A stretch of 64,000 nucleotides of DNA from Callorhinchus milii (taxonomy: Eukaryota), in assembly GCF_018977255.1 (NCBI RefSeq), contig NW_024704743.1, positions 30,568,001-30,632,000 on the forward strand. The letters are read 5' to 3'. Of this stretch, positions 11,993 to 25,628 are shown piece by piece (the first letter of the stretch is position 1; each line of letters starts with the position of its first letter). The notes under the pieces are model-generated. The model was not told the DNA's origin and searched no databases. It saw nothing but the letters and a program-made list of their open reading frames with translations. The position numbers and the translations under genes are program-made.

Positions 11993-12566
11993 GCCACACA
12001 GAGAAAAAAAGAGCCTCAATTACTGTAATGCAGATTCATTCAAAACAATAATTGTCAAGTAATTATTGCTTAGTAACTGACTTCTTTATCATTCAAATGA
12101 CGATCAAGAGCTGGCATTTGCTAACAGTGATGTCGTCACTTCTGGCACAGAATGAGACGCATTTTTAGAGCAGAGCAGCCCAGTGCTTGTTGATCAGCAA
12201 AACGGATGATTGCAGTAATGACTAATCGACCATTCTCATTTTGCCCAACAATGACTAAAAAGCTTGCTAATCATATTCCCAAACTGAATTTCCCAACCAC
12301 GACGATCCCACAGTACATGGAACATTTTCTGTTGTACGCAAAACACACAAGCATAAACAACTTGTGCACAGGAAATGACTTAAATGCTGCATGTTGATAT
12401 GTCAGACATGTAGGTTTGTGAATGTAACAAATGTGCGTTATTGCTACAACAATATTTTAGCACAAACAGTATGATTTGTCTTCACATAAGACTGCTCCTG
12501 GCCCATGAATGAACTCTGAGAAATACATATATTCTTAGCAACAAATGTTGGGCTTAGTGTTGAGCG

Positions 12567-13600
12567 ATCATAGAATCATAGAATTATACATTGCCGAAGG
12601 AGGCCATTCGGCCCATCGTGTCTGTGCCCGGTCTTTGAAAAGAGCTATCCAAATCAATCCCACTCCCCCACCACTCTCTCCCCATAGCCCTGCAAACTTG
12701 TCCTCCCCAAATAATTATCTACTTCTCTCTTAAAAGTTGTTATCGAATCAGCTTCCACCACCCTATCAGGCAATTAATTCCAAATCAACTCGTGTGAACA
12801 AAAATTCCTCGCCACCCCTCTGTTTCTTTAACAAATATTTTAAATCGGTGACCTTAGGTTACCGAACCACCCACCAGTGCAAATAGTTTCTCCTTCTCCA
12901 CCCTGTCAAATCCTCTCATAATCTTGAAAACTTCTATTAAGTCTCCTCTTAACATTCTCTCTCCGAGGAGAATAATCCTAGCTTCTCTAGCCTTTTCTGA
13001 TAACTGAAGTCCCTCATTCCTGGTACCATCTTGGAAAATCTCCTCTCCAAATCTCCTCTCTTGCACCCTGTGTGTGGTGCCCAGAACTGAACACAGTACT
13101 CTAGCTGAGGCCGAACCAGTGTTTTATAAAAGTTCATTATAACTTCCTGACCTTTGTATTCTATGCCTCTATTTATAAAGAAGAGTATCCCATATGCTTT
13201 TTTTTTAAAACAGCTTTATCTACCTGTCCTGCCACCTTCAATGATTTACTCATATGAACCCACAGGTCTCTCTGTTCCTTCATGCCCTTCAAGATTCTAC
13301 CATCAGCTTATACTGTCTCTCCTCATTCTTCCTCCCAAAATCCATCACTTCACATTTATCCACATGAAACTTCATCTGCCACATGTCTGCCCATTTTATC
13401 AGTCTGTATATGTCCATTTTCAGTCTGCTATTATCCTCCTCCCCGTTTATTACTTTTCCTAGCTTAGTATCAACTGCAAATTTGGAAATTGTACTCCCTA
13501 TACCCAAGTCCAGGTCATTTATATAGATCAAAAACAGCAGTGATCCCAATACCTACCCCTGGGGGACACCACTGCACGCTTCCTTTCAGACAGAAAAACA
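12567..13600 (-). mobile_element. CR1 LINE, 5'-truncated, decayed ORF2 (RT C-terminus)
   Basis: Minus-strand peptides LLFLIYINDLD..ISKFAVDTKL, YKTLVRPQLEYCVQFWAP, LRGDLIEVFKIMRGFDRV; (TAGAATCA)n terminal repeat at left. Confidence 0.95.
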
Positions 13601-13859
13601 ACCGATGTTGATCTTTACTTCTGTCGTGAGTGATGCAATTGTTTGGGAAAAGCAGCACCATCAGGTCTGGCAGGCGTTTTCTGATACTCATGACAGCTTC
13701 CAGGCACTGTCACATCCTGCTCTTCTGGCACTTTATCAGCCTAAGCTATGTAGCATTCTCAAAATCAATCAATTGGTAAATTGATGGCACACCTCTGGAA
13801 TTCCCTGCTTCAAACCTTCTGCCTTGACCCCGCTTTACACATCTTTCAGCCACAAAGTA

Positions 13860-16650
13860 TACAACTACAACAACAAAACTACATTTATAGAGCGCCTTTT
13901 ACATCAGGAGGACGTCCCAAAGCGCTGAACAGTCAGGAATTGGGGCCCGAGCATGGGGGAGGGGTGGTGTAAGGGGAGGGAAGGCAGAGAGGTGGGAGGG
14001 AAACCAAAGGCACTATCAAAGAGCCTTGGTCTTGAGACCAGCCTTGAAGGAGGCAAGGGAGGAAGCGAGGCAAAGGGACCATTGGATGGAGTTCCAGAGT
14101 GTGGGGGCAGAGAGGCTGAAAGCCCGGCCACCGATGGTAGGGTAGGTCAGACAGGAGACATGGAGCAGTACGGAGTCCACTGAACAGAGAGCGGGAGGTT
14201 GGTAGGGAGTCAGCAGGTCAGACAGGTAGGAGGGGCAAGGTCATGGATGACCTTGAAAGTGAGGATGAGGATCTTGAACTTGATCCTCTGAGGGATGGGG
14301 AGCCAGTGGAGTCAGGCGAGGGTGGGAGTGATGGGGTCGCGGAGCCTGATACGCGAGAGTACACGAGCTGCAGAGTTTTGGATGATCTGCAGCTTGTGAA
14401 GGGAAGAGTTGGGAAAGCTGATGAGGAGGGAGTTCCCGTAATCAAGCCTTGAGGTGACAAATGCGTGGATTTCGGCAGCCTGAGGGGTGAGGCAGTGGCG
14501 GAGTCTGGCAATGTTGCGGAGGTGGTGGTAGGCAGTGCTGGTCATGGCACGGACGTGGGGGAGAAAGGACAGTTCAGGGTCAAACAAGACACCCAGGTTT
14601 CTGACTGGCTTAGTGAGGTTGAGTGTGCAGCCGTGAAGGCTGATGCTGCCAGCGCCCAAGGTGCGGAGGCGCTGGCTCGAGCCAATCAGGAGAGCCTCGG
14701 TCTTGCTGACATTGAGTTGGAGAACGTTGCCCCTCGTCCAGGACTTGATGTCGGGCAGGCAGTCGATCAGGACGCCAGTATTCCTGGAGTTGAGGGTGGA
14801 GGCAGAGAGATAGAGTTGGGTGTCATCCGCATACATGTGGAAATTTATCCCATGTCTGCGGATGATATCACCAAGGGGGAGCATGTAGACGATGAAGAGG
14901 AGGGGACCAGGGGCACAGTCCTGAGGAACACCGTACAAGATGGTGCGGGGGCTGGAGGAGAAGCCGTTTGCTGCAACAAAGTGGAGGTGGTGTGAAAGGT
15001 AGGAACTAAACTAGTCAACGACAGAACCTTGAAGGTTGAGGTGGGAGGAGAGGTGGTCGAGGAGGATTGAGTGGTCCATGATATCAAAGGCAGCGGAGGA
15101 GGTCGAGGAGGACGAGGAGGCAGAGGGAGCCCTGGTCACACATGGTCAGGATGTCGTTTGTGACCTTGACCAGAGCAGTTTCCATGCTGTGGGCAGCACG
15201 GAAACCCGATTGGAGGGGCTCATGGAGGAATTGGGAGGAGAGAAAAGAGCGAAACTGGGAGGCATCGGCTCTCTCAAGGATCTTGGATAGGAAAGAGAGG
15301 TTTGAGATGGGCCGGTAGCTGGATAACTGTGATGGGTCAAGAGAATGTTTCTTCAAGGTGGGGGTGATAATGGCTGTTTTGAGGGGAGAAGGAACAGTGC
15401 CAGATGACAGGGAGAGGTTGATGATGTTGGCGAGTAGTGGGGCAAGGAGGTGGAGCTAGGATTTAAGGAGAGGGGTGGGGATGAGGTCCAGGGAGCAGGT
15501 GGTGGGCTTCACGGAGGACATGGTGGTGAGGATAGAGGAGGGGTTGACAAGTTCAAAGGTGTGGAAGGAAGGATGGGTAATTGTCAGAGTTTCCTCGATT
15601 TTGGACTCGAGTAAGTCCAGCATTTTCTCGCAGTGAGAATCAAAGGAAAGAATCTGCGAGGCGTGTCAGGGAGGGCGGAGGAGCCGGTTGGTGGTGGAGA
15701 ATAGGAGACTGGGGTTGCCCTTCGCCTCCAGGATTAACCTGGAATAGAAGGACAATTTGGCTGAGGCGAGAGCAGAGCGGTAGGTCTTGATGAGGTCCAG
15801 CCAGATGTGGCGGTGGACCGTTAGGCTGGATTTGAGGCAAGTGCATTCGGCAGCCCACACCTGGCCCTTAAGCGAGTGGAGGTGGCTGGTGAACCAGGGT
15901 GAGGATCGGGAATAGGAGGTAGTTCGGGAGGTGAGGGGGGCAAGGACGTCAAATGTGGTGGAGAGAGTGCTGTGGAGAAGAATGAGTGCAGTGAGTGGGT
16001 TGGTGCGAGAGGTGGGCCAGAAGGGGAGGAGATCAGAGGCCTTCAGGGCAGCGGAGAGGGATTGCAGGGAGATCTTCTTCCACGGGTGGTAGAAGATGAT
16101 GGTAGGTTTGGAGGCAGTGGGGAGAGGGATATGGGAGTTGAGGGAGATGAAATGGTGGTCAGAGATGACCTTGTGCAGTGATGGTGACATCTGAGATGCT
16201 GAGGCCCGGGGGAACACCAGGTTAGCGGGGACCATGGGTGTGGGTAGCAGAGTGGATGTGGAGGGAGAGGTTGAGAGCGGAGAGAGAGGGGAAGTCTGAG
16301 GAGGTGGAGCAGGAGGGGATGAAGCGGAGGATGAAGTCGCCTAGGATGATGAGGCAGACGGAGCAGAGGCAGAGGGAAGCAAGGAGGGTGGAGATGTCAG
16401 AGATGAAGGTGGAGAGGATTTTTAGAGAGAGGTGGGAGGGATGGCAGAGGGTAAGGTGTTCGAAAGAGAGGAATGAGCCGGTGGAGTAGGGATAGGGCAA
16501 GTGTCACCCTGGATATGAGGGCCACACCACCGCCACGGCGGTTGGGGCGTGGGGCATGGTGGTAGGTGTAACCGGGTGGTGTAGCCTCAGTGAGGGGGAA
16601 AGTGTCACCTGGTGTGACCCAGGTTTCAGTGAGGGCCATAATGTCAGTGA
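13860..16650 (-). mobile_element. L2 LINE, near-complete frameshifted ORF2 (APE endonuclease + RT) with 3' tail
   Basis: ALTETW...RRGGGVALI (endonuclease), [48 protein letters not shown]; (CAA)n tail at left. Confidence 0.97.
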
Positions 16651-16653
16651 GGG

Positions 16654-16757
16654 ACAGTCAATTCACTTTAAAATATATTCTGTGAAGCGCTTTGAGATGT
16701 CTCAAAGATGTGAAAAGACGCTATATCAAATGCAAGGATTATTATTATCATTATTAT
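16654..16757 (+). mobile_element. Family A SINE 3' fragment abutting the L2 5' end
   Basis: acagtcaattcacttta...gtgaagcgctttgagatgtc...atcaaatgcaaggattattatt. Confidence 0.85.
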
Positions 16758-17850
16758 CCTCAAATTGCAGCTGAAGACTTTCTTCTTCGAGCATGCTTAT
16801 GGTGACCTCCATTTTCTCCATGGCTTGGCATCAAATTCCTCTATTGTTCAGGACTCCAAGATGTTAACCCCTGTGTAGGGAGTTACATCTTGTTGTTGTT
16901 TAGCCAAATGTTTTTTTGGGGGGGGTAAGGCAGGTGTCTGACTGATGCGGAAACCCATCACCATGCTTAAGAGTATCCAAACCAAGCTGAGAATCCATGG
17001 ATCCCACATACACATGGAAATCTCAGAGATGAATTGTTGGAATGGAATGCGCACTCTATCCCTAGAAGGACACATCCATCTTACCTAATTCTGGAAAGTA
17101 GCAGGTGCAGATTGGCAAGAGCCAAAGCTAAGGGACATTAGAGTGTGTGGTGAGGTCTTGCTGGAGTCAATCAGCTAAAACCATACAGCTTGCCATCGAT
17201 ATCACTGTCTGGCAAGCTTCCCCACTGCTTGTCCAGGTAGGACCACGCTACCTGTTAGAGATTTAGCTTGCAGGGTTAACAGGAACTGAATAGGATGATT
17301 CCCTGCCCCTTGCCAAAGGCTGTGGCACCACATGGCAGATTTCTGGCAATAGAATTGGGTGCTGACTGTTATGGTTCTTTCTTAAAAGAAAAAGCTGCAC
17401 ATAAACACCAGTGAGGCAATTTGTGATGTTGAAATGCATAACAAAGAGCTAACTTTTTTTTTAAAAATAGCCTCAAGCTACTGGTTTTGCTTTGAAAGCA
17501 ATTTCCACTTATATGACAGATGTTTATATGATGAAGTTTATTCTTTACCTCAAGTGCCTTGTTCCCACTGAGGTTGATTTCTGTAAACCATGCACCATTG
17601 GAATCTCTAACATGCTACAACAACTTTCGTTTATATAGCACCCTTCATGCAGACAGTGTCTCAGAGCCCTTAGCAGTGGCAGAACTCAATGGCAAACTGG
17701 AGAAGGTGGCTGTAGGCATGGCCATGGTCACACTGCTACTACTGGCAGAATGTTGTTTATTGCTCACTCGTGAACAGAGAAAAAATATCCAACATCTTCA
17801 CCATTAATCATTGTACATGACGCCACACTATAGAGCCCACACACTTAATT

Positions 17851-18214
17851 TAATAATAATCCTTGCATTTGATATAGCGCATTATCATGTCTTCGAGACG
17901 TCTCAAAGCGCTTCACAGAGTAAAGTGAATTGAAAGTATAATTTGTGGGCGAAATGCGGCAGCCATTTGTGTACAGCAGTGTCCCAAAAACAGTCACGGA
18001 TTTAGTGACTAAATTCTTTTTTATTTATTTTGAAGGAATTATTATCCCCAGAAAAGTGATCCGCCAATCGATTGATAACCAGCTTCCTACTTACTAATAG
18101 GGAAATAGAGGCATGTGGAGTAAGGAAACTTGCCCAACATTTCGCCCTGCCAGAACTGAACCCAGGTCCTTCGCTTGCAAGGCTAGTTCTCTAACCACTC
18201 AGCTACAGGACTCC
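17851..18214 (-). mobile_element. Family A SINE, full length
   Basis: Complete head, CORE-like body, 3' half and (ATT)n tail. Confidence 0.92.
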
Positions 18215-19619
18215 ATTGTACTTTCGCCAATGTTAGCCATCTTCTCACACAAATCATGAAAATATTCTTTACATTCCACCAATCTGTTCCCTCATACAGC
18301 TTTCTGTTAACCATGCAAAAAGAAAAGTGCTTTCATGCAGTCGTTTTTGGCCCAAATTTTCCTCTTCATTCCAACAATCCCTCTATGGAAATGCCCATTG
18401 CGCAAAGTATGTTGAGTACCAGATGGAGGGAATAAAATATTTGCTTTATGTGAATCGTGCTCTATACAAATATATTTCAAAATGGGATCAATTTCCAATC
18501 ATGGATATTAAGATGGAGGATTAACAGTCCAATCTTTTTAATTTTTCTCCCCTACTCTCCTGAAGGTGTTTTAAGCATTTTTGTTCTTTCTACTGTGTTG
18601 TGGTTCAGTTGCCCAAATTGTCATTATGCGTGTATTTACCTGGACAGTGAGTGCTGTGAATGACTTATACCTCTGTGGCTGAATGTAGTTCAGGGAGATG
18701 ATGGCACTGAGTATTTTCAGTCTCCCTGCTTTATGCAACATCAGCTGAGTTTGTACATTTTTTGCTTCATCTGAATGGATGTAGGTTGACCTTCTCCAAC
18801 ACACACTGTGTGCTGTGAAATCTGATCACGTGATCCAAGGAAGGCTATTACAATCCCTTACAGCATAATCACTGAAGGATTACACCCCAGTGTGAAGGAC
18901 AGAATGGTATTAAGTGGCTTGTTTCACCAGTGGATTAAAGTGTTACTTGCTCTTGCCTTGCTTCCTCTATTTGTGAATGGGGCCTTCGAATTAGAACATT
19001 ATTAACGCGATAATTTTCAGTGAAGTACTGCAGCTTTAAGATTAAAAGTCAATAGCCGGAGTCTAGACAGCGCAGCTGAGGCAAACACACACGCACACAA
19101 ACAAATAACGTGGTGATGACTCAGGATGTGAGTGCAATGAGTACAATGGAGTGAAGTGAGCAGTTAGTTCCTTCATAAACAATTACTCACTTAATGGGAC
19201 TGAGATTGAGCTAGAGAAAAACACACATTTCTGACCTTGTAACTGGGGAAAGAGCGAACAACAAGATGGAAATTGGGTAATCACCAAGTTGAATTGTTTG
19301 TTCTTGATCAGTGTGACCACTGGATATTATTATCAATGAATACGAGCTGGAGTATCCTGTTTGCAAGGTCTTTTTGAGGTTGTTTAGATGTTGCAATCAG
19401 TTTAGAGACGACTTGAGAACTGGTTTGCTTCGCAGAGCAGAATATCAGACAATAACAATAACACCGAAAACTCACATAGGCAGTGCATTCTGTTGCTTCT
19501 TTTACACAGGGACCCCAGCAACACTGTGAGTGCTATTGGAGAGGCCAGACCCACACTCGAACACATTCCAACAACAACTTACATTTATATAGGGCAGCAT
19601 TTCGGAGCGCTTAAGGGAG

Positions 19620-19836
19620 CACTCTACCATTTAAGAGAGTTTCTCCTGGTGTCCTGGCCAACAATCCCCCAGATAAAATTGGTTCTTCACTTAATGGATG
19701 TTTGTGGACACTGCAGCAGGCAAATTTGCTGCTTTGTTTTCCCACAAAACACACAGCAACTACACTTTTCCTACACTTTGAGATGTTGCCCCAACATGAA
19801 TGGTACTATATCAAATGCAAAGATTACTATTATTAT
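19620..19836 (+). mobile_element. Deu-SINE 3' half, preceded by a minus-strand L2 tail (~19570-19612)
   Basis: ttctcctggtgtcctggccaacaatcccccagataaaattgg...atcaaatgcaaagattactattatt. Confidence 0.8.
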
Positions 19837-22800
19837 CTATAGCATATGCTTTCAACCCTTGCTTTTCCTTTGTCAGTGAATCTACCATATGCTCCACAAA
19901 TGCTGGTATTGAAACATTCACTGACTGGCTGTTTAACCATCAGGAGCAGCAACTACTGACCATGGCAGAAAAGAAAATGGGATCTGCTGGCCAAAAGTAT
20001 TCAGCCACAGGAATGAAAAAGACAGAGTCACTGCTTTGTCTTTAAGGATCAATCCAGGACAGCAAAGGTTCATTGATCTCTGAGCAAGATCTGAACAGAC
20101 AGGAATGCTGAACCACTGACTTCTGAAAACACAGCAGCTGCAATATTGAGTGGTAATGGTTCACTTAATGCGTGGTCAGAGGTAGGATGTAGATCCATCT
20201 CAGGAGATGATAATAAAGCTCTGTGAAAGCAACAGTCCCACCTGGTTCATGTACCAGGCGTGCCACCAGGTCAGGGTTAGCATCACCACAAGCACCGGAA
20301 GTGACATGGGATCTAAATGCAACTTAAGGAATTCAAGGTATGTGGGGTCTTTCTGAATCTCTGCCATCATTTATCCCTAATGGCTTGCTTTTGAAAAGTT
20401 CATTTAAATTCATTGAAATGTTTTAAAGTACTGAAATTCAAGCGGAATAGCTAACATTGAATGTCTGCGTTGGCTCTCAGTTAAAGGAACAATCCTGTTT
20501 AATTTTAAAACAAATTCCAATTGTGCTCTCATTACTTCACACAGTATCTTTTTCCCACCAAAAATGTATGGTTTTGCTTCACTTCTTTCAGCTCATACCA
20601 ACAGGCTGTTCAATCTTTCAGGGTTATGTACACTGATAGATGTTTGAACCTCCACCACACACACTGTCAAGGGAGTAGAGACCAGCTACAAAGAAACCAT
20701 ATTAAGCAGCTCCAGCTTCCAATCCTGAAAAAATTCAAGATGTCAAATCAGGCAGGCGGAGAACTTGCTTTCTCTCTTTCTCCCGGCTGCTAGCAGAACA
20801 TCTATATGCCAGTTATTAGCAGTGGGCTCATTCTATCAGTAATCAGCTTTATACTATACAATAAAACATTCCTACAAGATTCCTGTAGCCAGACGTGTGC
20901 TTGTGCATCCAGCACCTAGAATCCATCTTGTTTGGGTAGCAGCTGTTTACCTCTCTGCAACTGGTAGAACCATCGCTCATTGGGAAAGGACATGTGTCCA
21001 AGCTGAGGGCTGGAAGATGATGGCAATGCTCTCACACATTTCATGCTGAGCTGTGTTGCCCACCTGGAAGCTCAAGGGAGTTCATGATATTTGCCATTCT
21101 TCTAATGATGTCTAAAAACTTGGGCTCGTTTGGATGTCAAATGACAACTTGTGACTGTCCTTCTTGGGATGGGGGGGGGAGGATGGAGAGGTAAGTGGGG
21201 TCTCCTTGGAGCCAAACTGGGACAAGGGAATGTCAGAATTGAGCCAACCCTCTGTGGCGGTCTCAGTAGTCCAGTTTCTGAGCCAGGTGGATCTGCAGAA
21301 CTCCAGAACACTGCTGATAACAGCACAGGATAGGTGACTCATGTGGAAACCCATCACCATACTTAAAAGTATCCAAATCAAACAGAACCCCACCTGTACA
21401 GGCTGTTTGTACGAAAGTCTAAAAATATTTCCATTTTCACAAGGGAAGTACAAAAACAATCACTGTACTTATTGTTTGCACTCCTGTTTATTTTACCCAT
21501 CATTGTAGCGTACCAAAGCCAACTGCAGTGTGCTTTCTCCAAGCTAGCACTTGGATAACATATTGACTCAAACCAACGTCCCCTAATCACTTACCACTTC
21601 TTCAAACACCTACTCATCCTTCAGTGAAAAAACACCTCCCTTTCATTACGTTGTTCCAAATACCTCAGGAGGGAAGAATACCCTGCATCCATCAATCTTA
21701 TATCTCTTTCCCATGAGCCCCACCTTGAAAAATACAGGAGCGATATGGAAGACAGCTCTCCGAAGTCAGTGAAGGCCCTGTTCAGTATCAGGCATAGCAG
21801 TCAGTCTACCCTGTGTGACACTGAGATACCAGTTGGCAAGAGAACAAGGTCAGTTGTAGGAGGGGGAGAGGAGCTGCCTGTCCATTGATGCCATGAGAGA
21901 ACTGCTGCCTGCAACCTTTTTCTCAAACGATAACATTCTCTTTGATAAGGTGCAAGCACCGAACTAAATTTCATTCTTTTCAAAATAAAAACATGAGAAT
22001 ATGTTTTTTTCTTTCCCTGGCTGACAAGAGAGAGCAGCAGAAATGCGAGAGCGGTCACCACCACGGCGCTATCAAGCAGTGCAGCTTTAAGTAAAGAATG
22101 GTCCCCATACAATTCTAGAGCTCACTTAGGCTTTTTTCTGTGCTGAATTATTAAAGCACAGTCATCTAAAAAGTAGGTTTTTATTAACAATGTTGCTATG
22201 AAAGCTGGTAATCAATTACCCCTGACCAGTAATCATTGTTGGTTGACTTGGACTGCAGCACAAACAGAAGAGGAACAGTATATCAAGCTGAAATACCATA
22301 AGTAGGGCTATTCATTTACCAGAATGCTAATGGGTCGTATGCACTCAAGGGTTCATTACAACAGCACAAAATGAAATGCAGAGCTGAAATACTTTGGTTT
22401 CATGGCATCCCCCATGTCTGCTATCATCAGTATTGCAGGTTTAGGTGCCTTGCCCTTTGTTTTTGTTACTGGCACCACTTCCAATGAGAATACGTGCGTG
22501 CCCGCTGAACTTTTTGTCTGGCGGTTTAAACTCACCTTTCTTTCATAGGACTTTCCAGCCAATTAATTGCAAAACGCATTTCTTTACTTTTGAAACGCAT
22601 TTCATTTCTTTTCTTTTCAAGTGATGAGAAGGACTGGCCCTGACCTATATATGCATATAAACACTTGCAATCTTTTCACTTGATTTTACATCTCGTTGGT
22701 TTCAATGACAGATTAAGCTTTTATTTCCCTACGATTTTCTCCTACTTTCTTAAAGGTATTGATTAATGTTTCACAGGCATCAGCCACCCTCTGATACTTT

Positions 22801-23152
22801 GCCCAACTGGCTATTCTTCATATACGAGCTTCACAACAAGTTTCAACAAGTGGTTTGAAAGTAGGGTTTTGTAATAGCTGAACCCAATCTTGCCACTTGA
22901 TATTCACACACATGAACTGTGTAGCAGTGGGTGACTGGATGGTGAGCAGGACAACAACCTTGGCTGCATTATTATCTTCTGTCCTTCCACCTTCTCCCAT
23001 TCCTTTCTTCTTGTGCCCCCCCAAACCCATTCCCCACAATATAGTATCATCACAGGTCATGAATTGAATCTGGCTCCTACCAGCTACTGCATGTTTTTGT
23101 CCCGCTCCAGGCAGCACATTCATCCATTGTATAACTCACTGTACAGCTTTCT

Positions 23153-23400
23153 AATAATAATCTTTGCATTTCTATAGTGTATTTTGCGTAAGGAGGGCTT
23201 CCCAAAGTGCTTCACTGGATTTTCTGAGAGTGCATATGTAGGTGAAAGTAGCAGCAATGTACATAAACAGCCATGAAGTGAGTGACCAAATTTATTTGGA
23301 GAATAGTGCCATGGGATCTTTATTGAATATCTGACAGGCAGATGGGACCTCTGTTGCGTATCTCATCTGAAGGTGGCACCTCCAGCAGTGCAACGCACCA
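23153..23400 (-). mobile_element. Deu-domain SINE with internal deletion
   Basis: aatagtgccatgggatctt...gcagatgggacctc...ggtggcacctccagcagtgca. Confidence 0.8.
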
Positions 23401-23689
23401 CAATCAGCTCAAGTCATGTTTGTGTGTCAGCTTGCCTTTGTGGTCGCACTCTCGCCTCTGAGTCAGAAGATTGTGGATTTATACTCCATTTCGGCATTTG
23501 AAATCACATAGACACTTGGACGCTCCAATGCGTTGCCCACAAAATACAGTCAATCCACTTTACAGTACTGGAAGCACTTTGAGACGTCTCGAGCATGATA
23601 AGGCAAATGCAAGGATTATTATATGTTCGGAAGTGGGGCATGAACCAACAATCTTGTAGGCCAGAGGCTATCAACTGAGTCAGACTGAC

Positions 23690-23810
23690 GTATTGGGTTA
23701 GGCCAGGATCAGACCTGGCTCTGATAGCCCCACAGTTGAACAGCTTGTCAACAAGTGAAGAATGGCCCCTTGGACAAGGTATCAAACAGAATCTGACACC
23801 CAGGGAACTA
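23690..23810 (+). mobile_element. AmnSINE2-like fragment
   Basis: ggttaggccaggatcagacctggctctgatagccccacagttgaacagc...gtgaagaatggccccttggacaaggta. Confidence 0.6.
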
Positions 23811-24269
23811 TAAGGGAGGATATCAAACCATGATGCACGTACTTATTACAGAGTTCAGTGGCTATTCCACATCACAACTAATGACATTAATCACAGGCCA
23901 AGATTTTGTTTTAGAAAAATACAAAGGAACGACTGTGAGTCTGCAGACTTGACAACTGCACCGAGACAGGGAAAAGCTTAACAGGTTGAAAAATCCTAAG
24001 TACTGTACTCGTATAATTGCACTGTAATAAGCGCATGTATTCAAATGGTCTTTATAGCTGCAATAACTTCACTTCGTGGCTGAAATATCGATATCATTAT
24101 AGTTCTTCAGTCTGGAGTTTTCATCACTTTGGTGCCGTGTGTCATTGTCAACACCAGCCCATTTTGTGAAACGCAGCAGTACTGCCAAGAAGTTAAATTA
24201 CTATGTTTCAACTGTATATTTTCATTTGCGCTTCCACAGTGATCTTAAAATATTTCCCCCCCACCTCCC

Positions 24270-24460
24270 TTCCTGCCGGTTCTGACTGAAATATGAAGCG
24301 GCAGCAATTGAAGCAAACCAAAGAGTGACCGGCTTTAATTCGGTCAATAAATCGCTGCAGGCACTTTATTAGTCCAGATTTACGAGCCATTTGTCAATGA
24401 GTGCCACGTCAAAGTTTCTAATCTGCATGTTGCTGTGAAATCACCCCAATTAAAGTGAGC
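24270..24460. promoter_or_regulatory. Putative conserved non-coding element / enhancer
   Basis: TE-free with retained CpGs; clustered homeodomain-type motifs TTAATT, TCAATAAA, TTTATTA, GATTTACGA, TGTCA, CAATTAA. Confidence 0.45.
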
Positions 24461-24904
24461 CCAACAAGACATGCAGAGAATGTCTCAGTGGAAACAGAGT
24501 CCTAATACTGAGGAGGCCATCAGGAGACATAGGGCAGGTTGATAAGATGAGTGCAGTTTCACTCATAAACCCCACTTCAAGATTGGAATTTTATTGAGAA
24601 GGACTAGAGTCTCCTTCCTCACACCCCACTCACCAATATCAGGATTCAATAATGCTATATCTTGCTCTCCAGTGAAAGAAAATATCAGCTGGAACAATAT
24701 TACAACACACCCCATCATCTACAGTGCACGTAAAACAACTCCATGAAAACTATGTTCATGCTCCAGTTAATGAAGCCTGTAGTTGACAACTACAGCCCTT
24801 AAGATTTTAAGATAAAACCAAAATCACAGTTTTATCTTATGTTCCTATCCTATTTGGTCGTTCAGGTGGATTTTAAAAATCCCACAGCACTGCCAGAAAA
24901 GAGA

Positions 24905-25628
24905 AAGCAGTTTGGAGCTTTGGGATGGAATTCCAAAGGGTGGGGGCAGAAAGGCTGAAGGTCGGCTGCCGATGGTGGGCCAGGCCAGGCGGGGGACGTG
25001 GAGCAGGCTGAGTAGGGAGCTTCCAGGTTGATATGGGGTTAGCAGGTCACAGAGGTAGGAAGGAGGAAGGCCATGGAGGGCCTTGAAGACAAGGACAAGG
25101 ATTTTGAATTCTATCCTCTTGGGATGGGAAGCCAGTGGAGCTGAGCGAGAGTGGGGATAATAGGGTCATGAAGACTGGTGGAAGAGAGGACATGAGCTGC
25201 AGAGTCCTGGATGATCTGCAGCTCGTGGAGGGAAAAGTTGGGAAGGCCGACAAGTAGGGAGTTGGCGTAGTCAAGCCTAGATGTGATGAACGCTTGAATG
25301 AGGGTTTCGGCAGCCTGAGGAGCGAGGCGATGTTGCGGAGGCGGGGGAAGGCTCAATGGGTCATGGCACAGATGTGGGACAGAAAGGATAATTGAGGGTG
25401 AAACAAGACGCCAAGGTTCCGAACTGCTCAGTGAAGTGGAGTTGCATCCATGGATGGTGATGCTGTCAGTGCCTGAGGTGCGGAGGTGCTGACGGGAACC
25501 AATCAGGAAGGCCTCAGTTGTGTTGACGTTCAACTGTAGAAAGTTAGCTCTTATCCAGGACTTGATGTCTGACAGCCATTCTGTCAGGCCAGCAGTGGTC
25601 CGGGAGTCGAGGGTGGAGACAGAGAGTG
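24905..25628 (-). mobile_element. L2 LINE fragment (RT C-terminal region)
   Basis: WLSDIKSWIRANFLQLNVNTTE, AFITSRLDYANSLLVGLP, LHWLPI. Confidence 0.93.

Noticed and set aside
14465..14995. Long plus-strand ORFs (also 42807, 53719, 54657)
   Set aside because: Antisense shadows of minus-strand L2 ORF2.
13860..16650. Active or autonomous L2
   Set aside because: ORF2 is broken into several frames and lacks its 5' end and ORF1.
17200..17275. Possible LF-SINE fragment (aagcttccccact...ggaccac)
   Set aside because: Similarity too short and recalled from memory; needs an HMM search.
22402..22548. 48-codon hydrophobic small ORF (MASPMSAIISIAGLGALPFVFV...)
   Set aside because: Expected by chance; no homology or transcript evidence.
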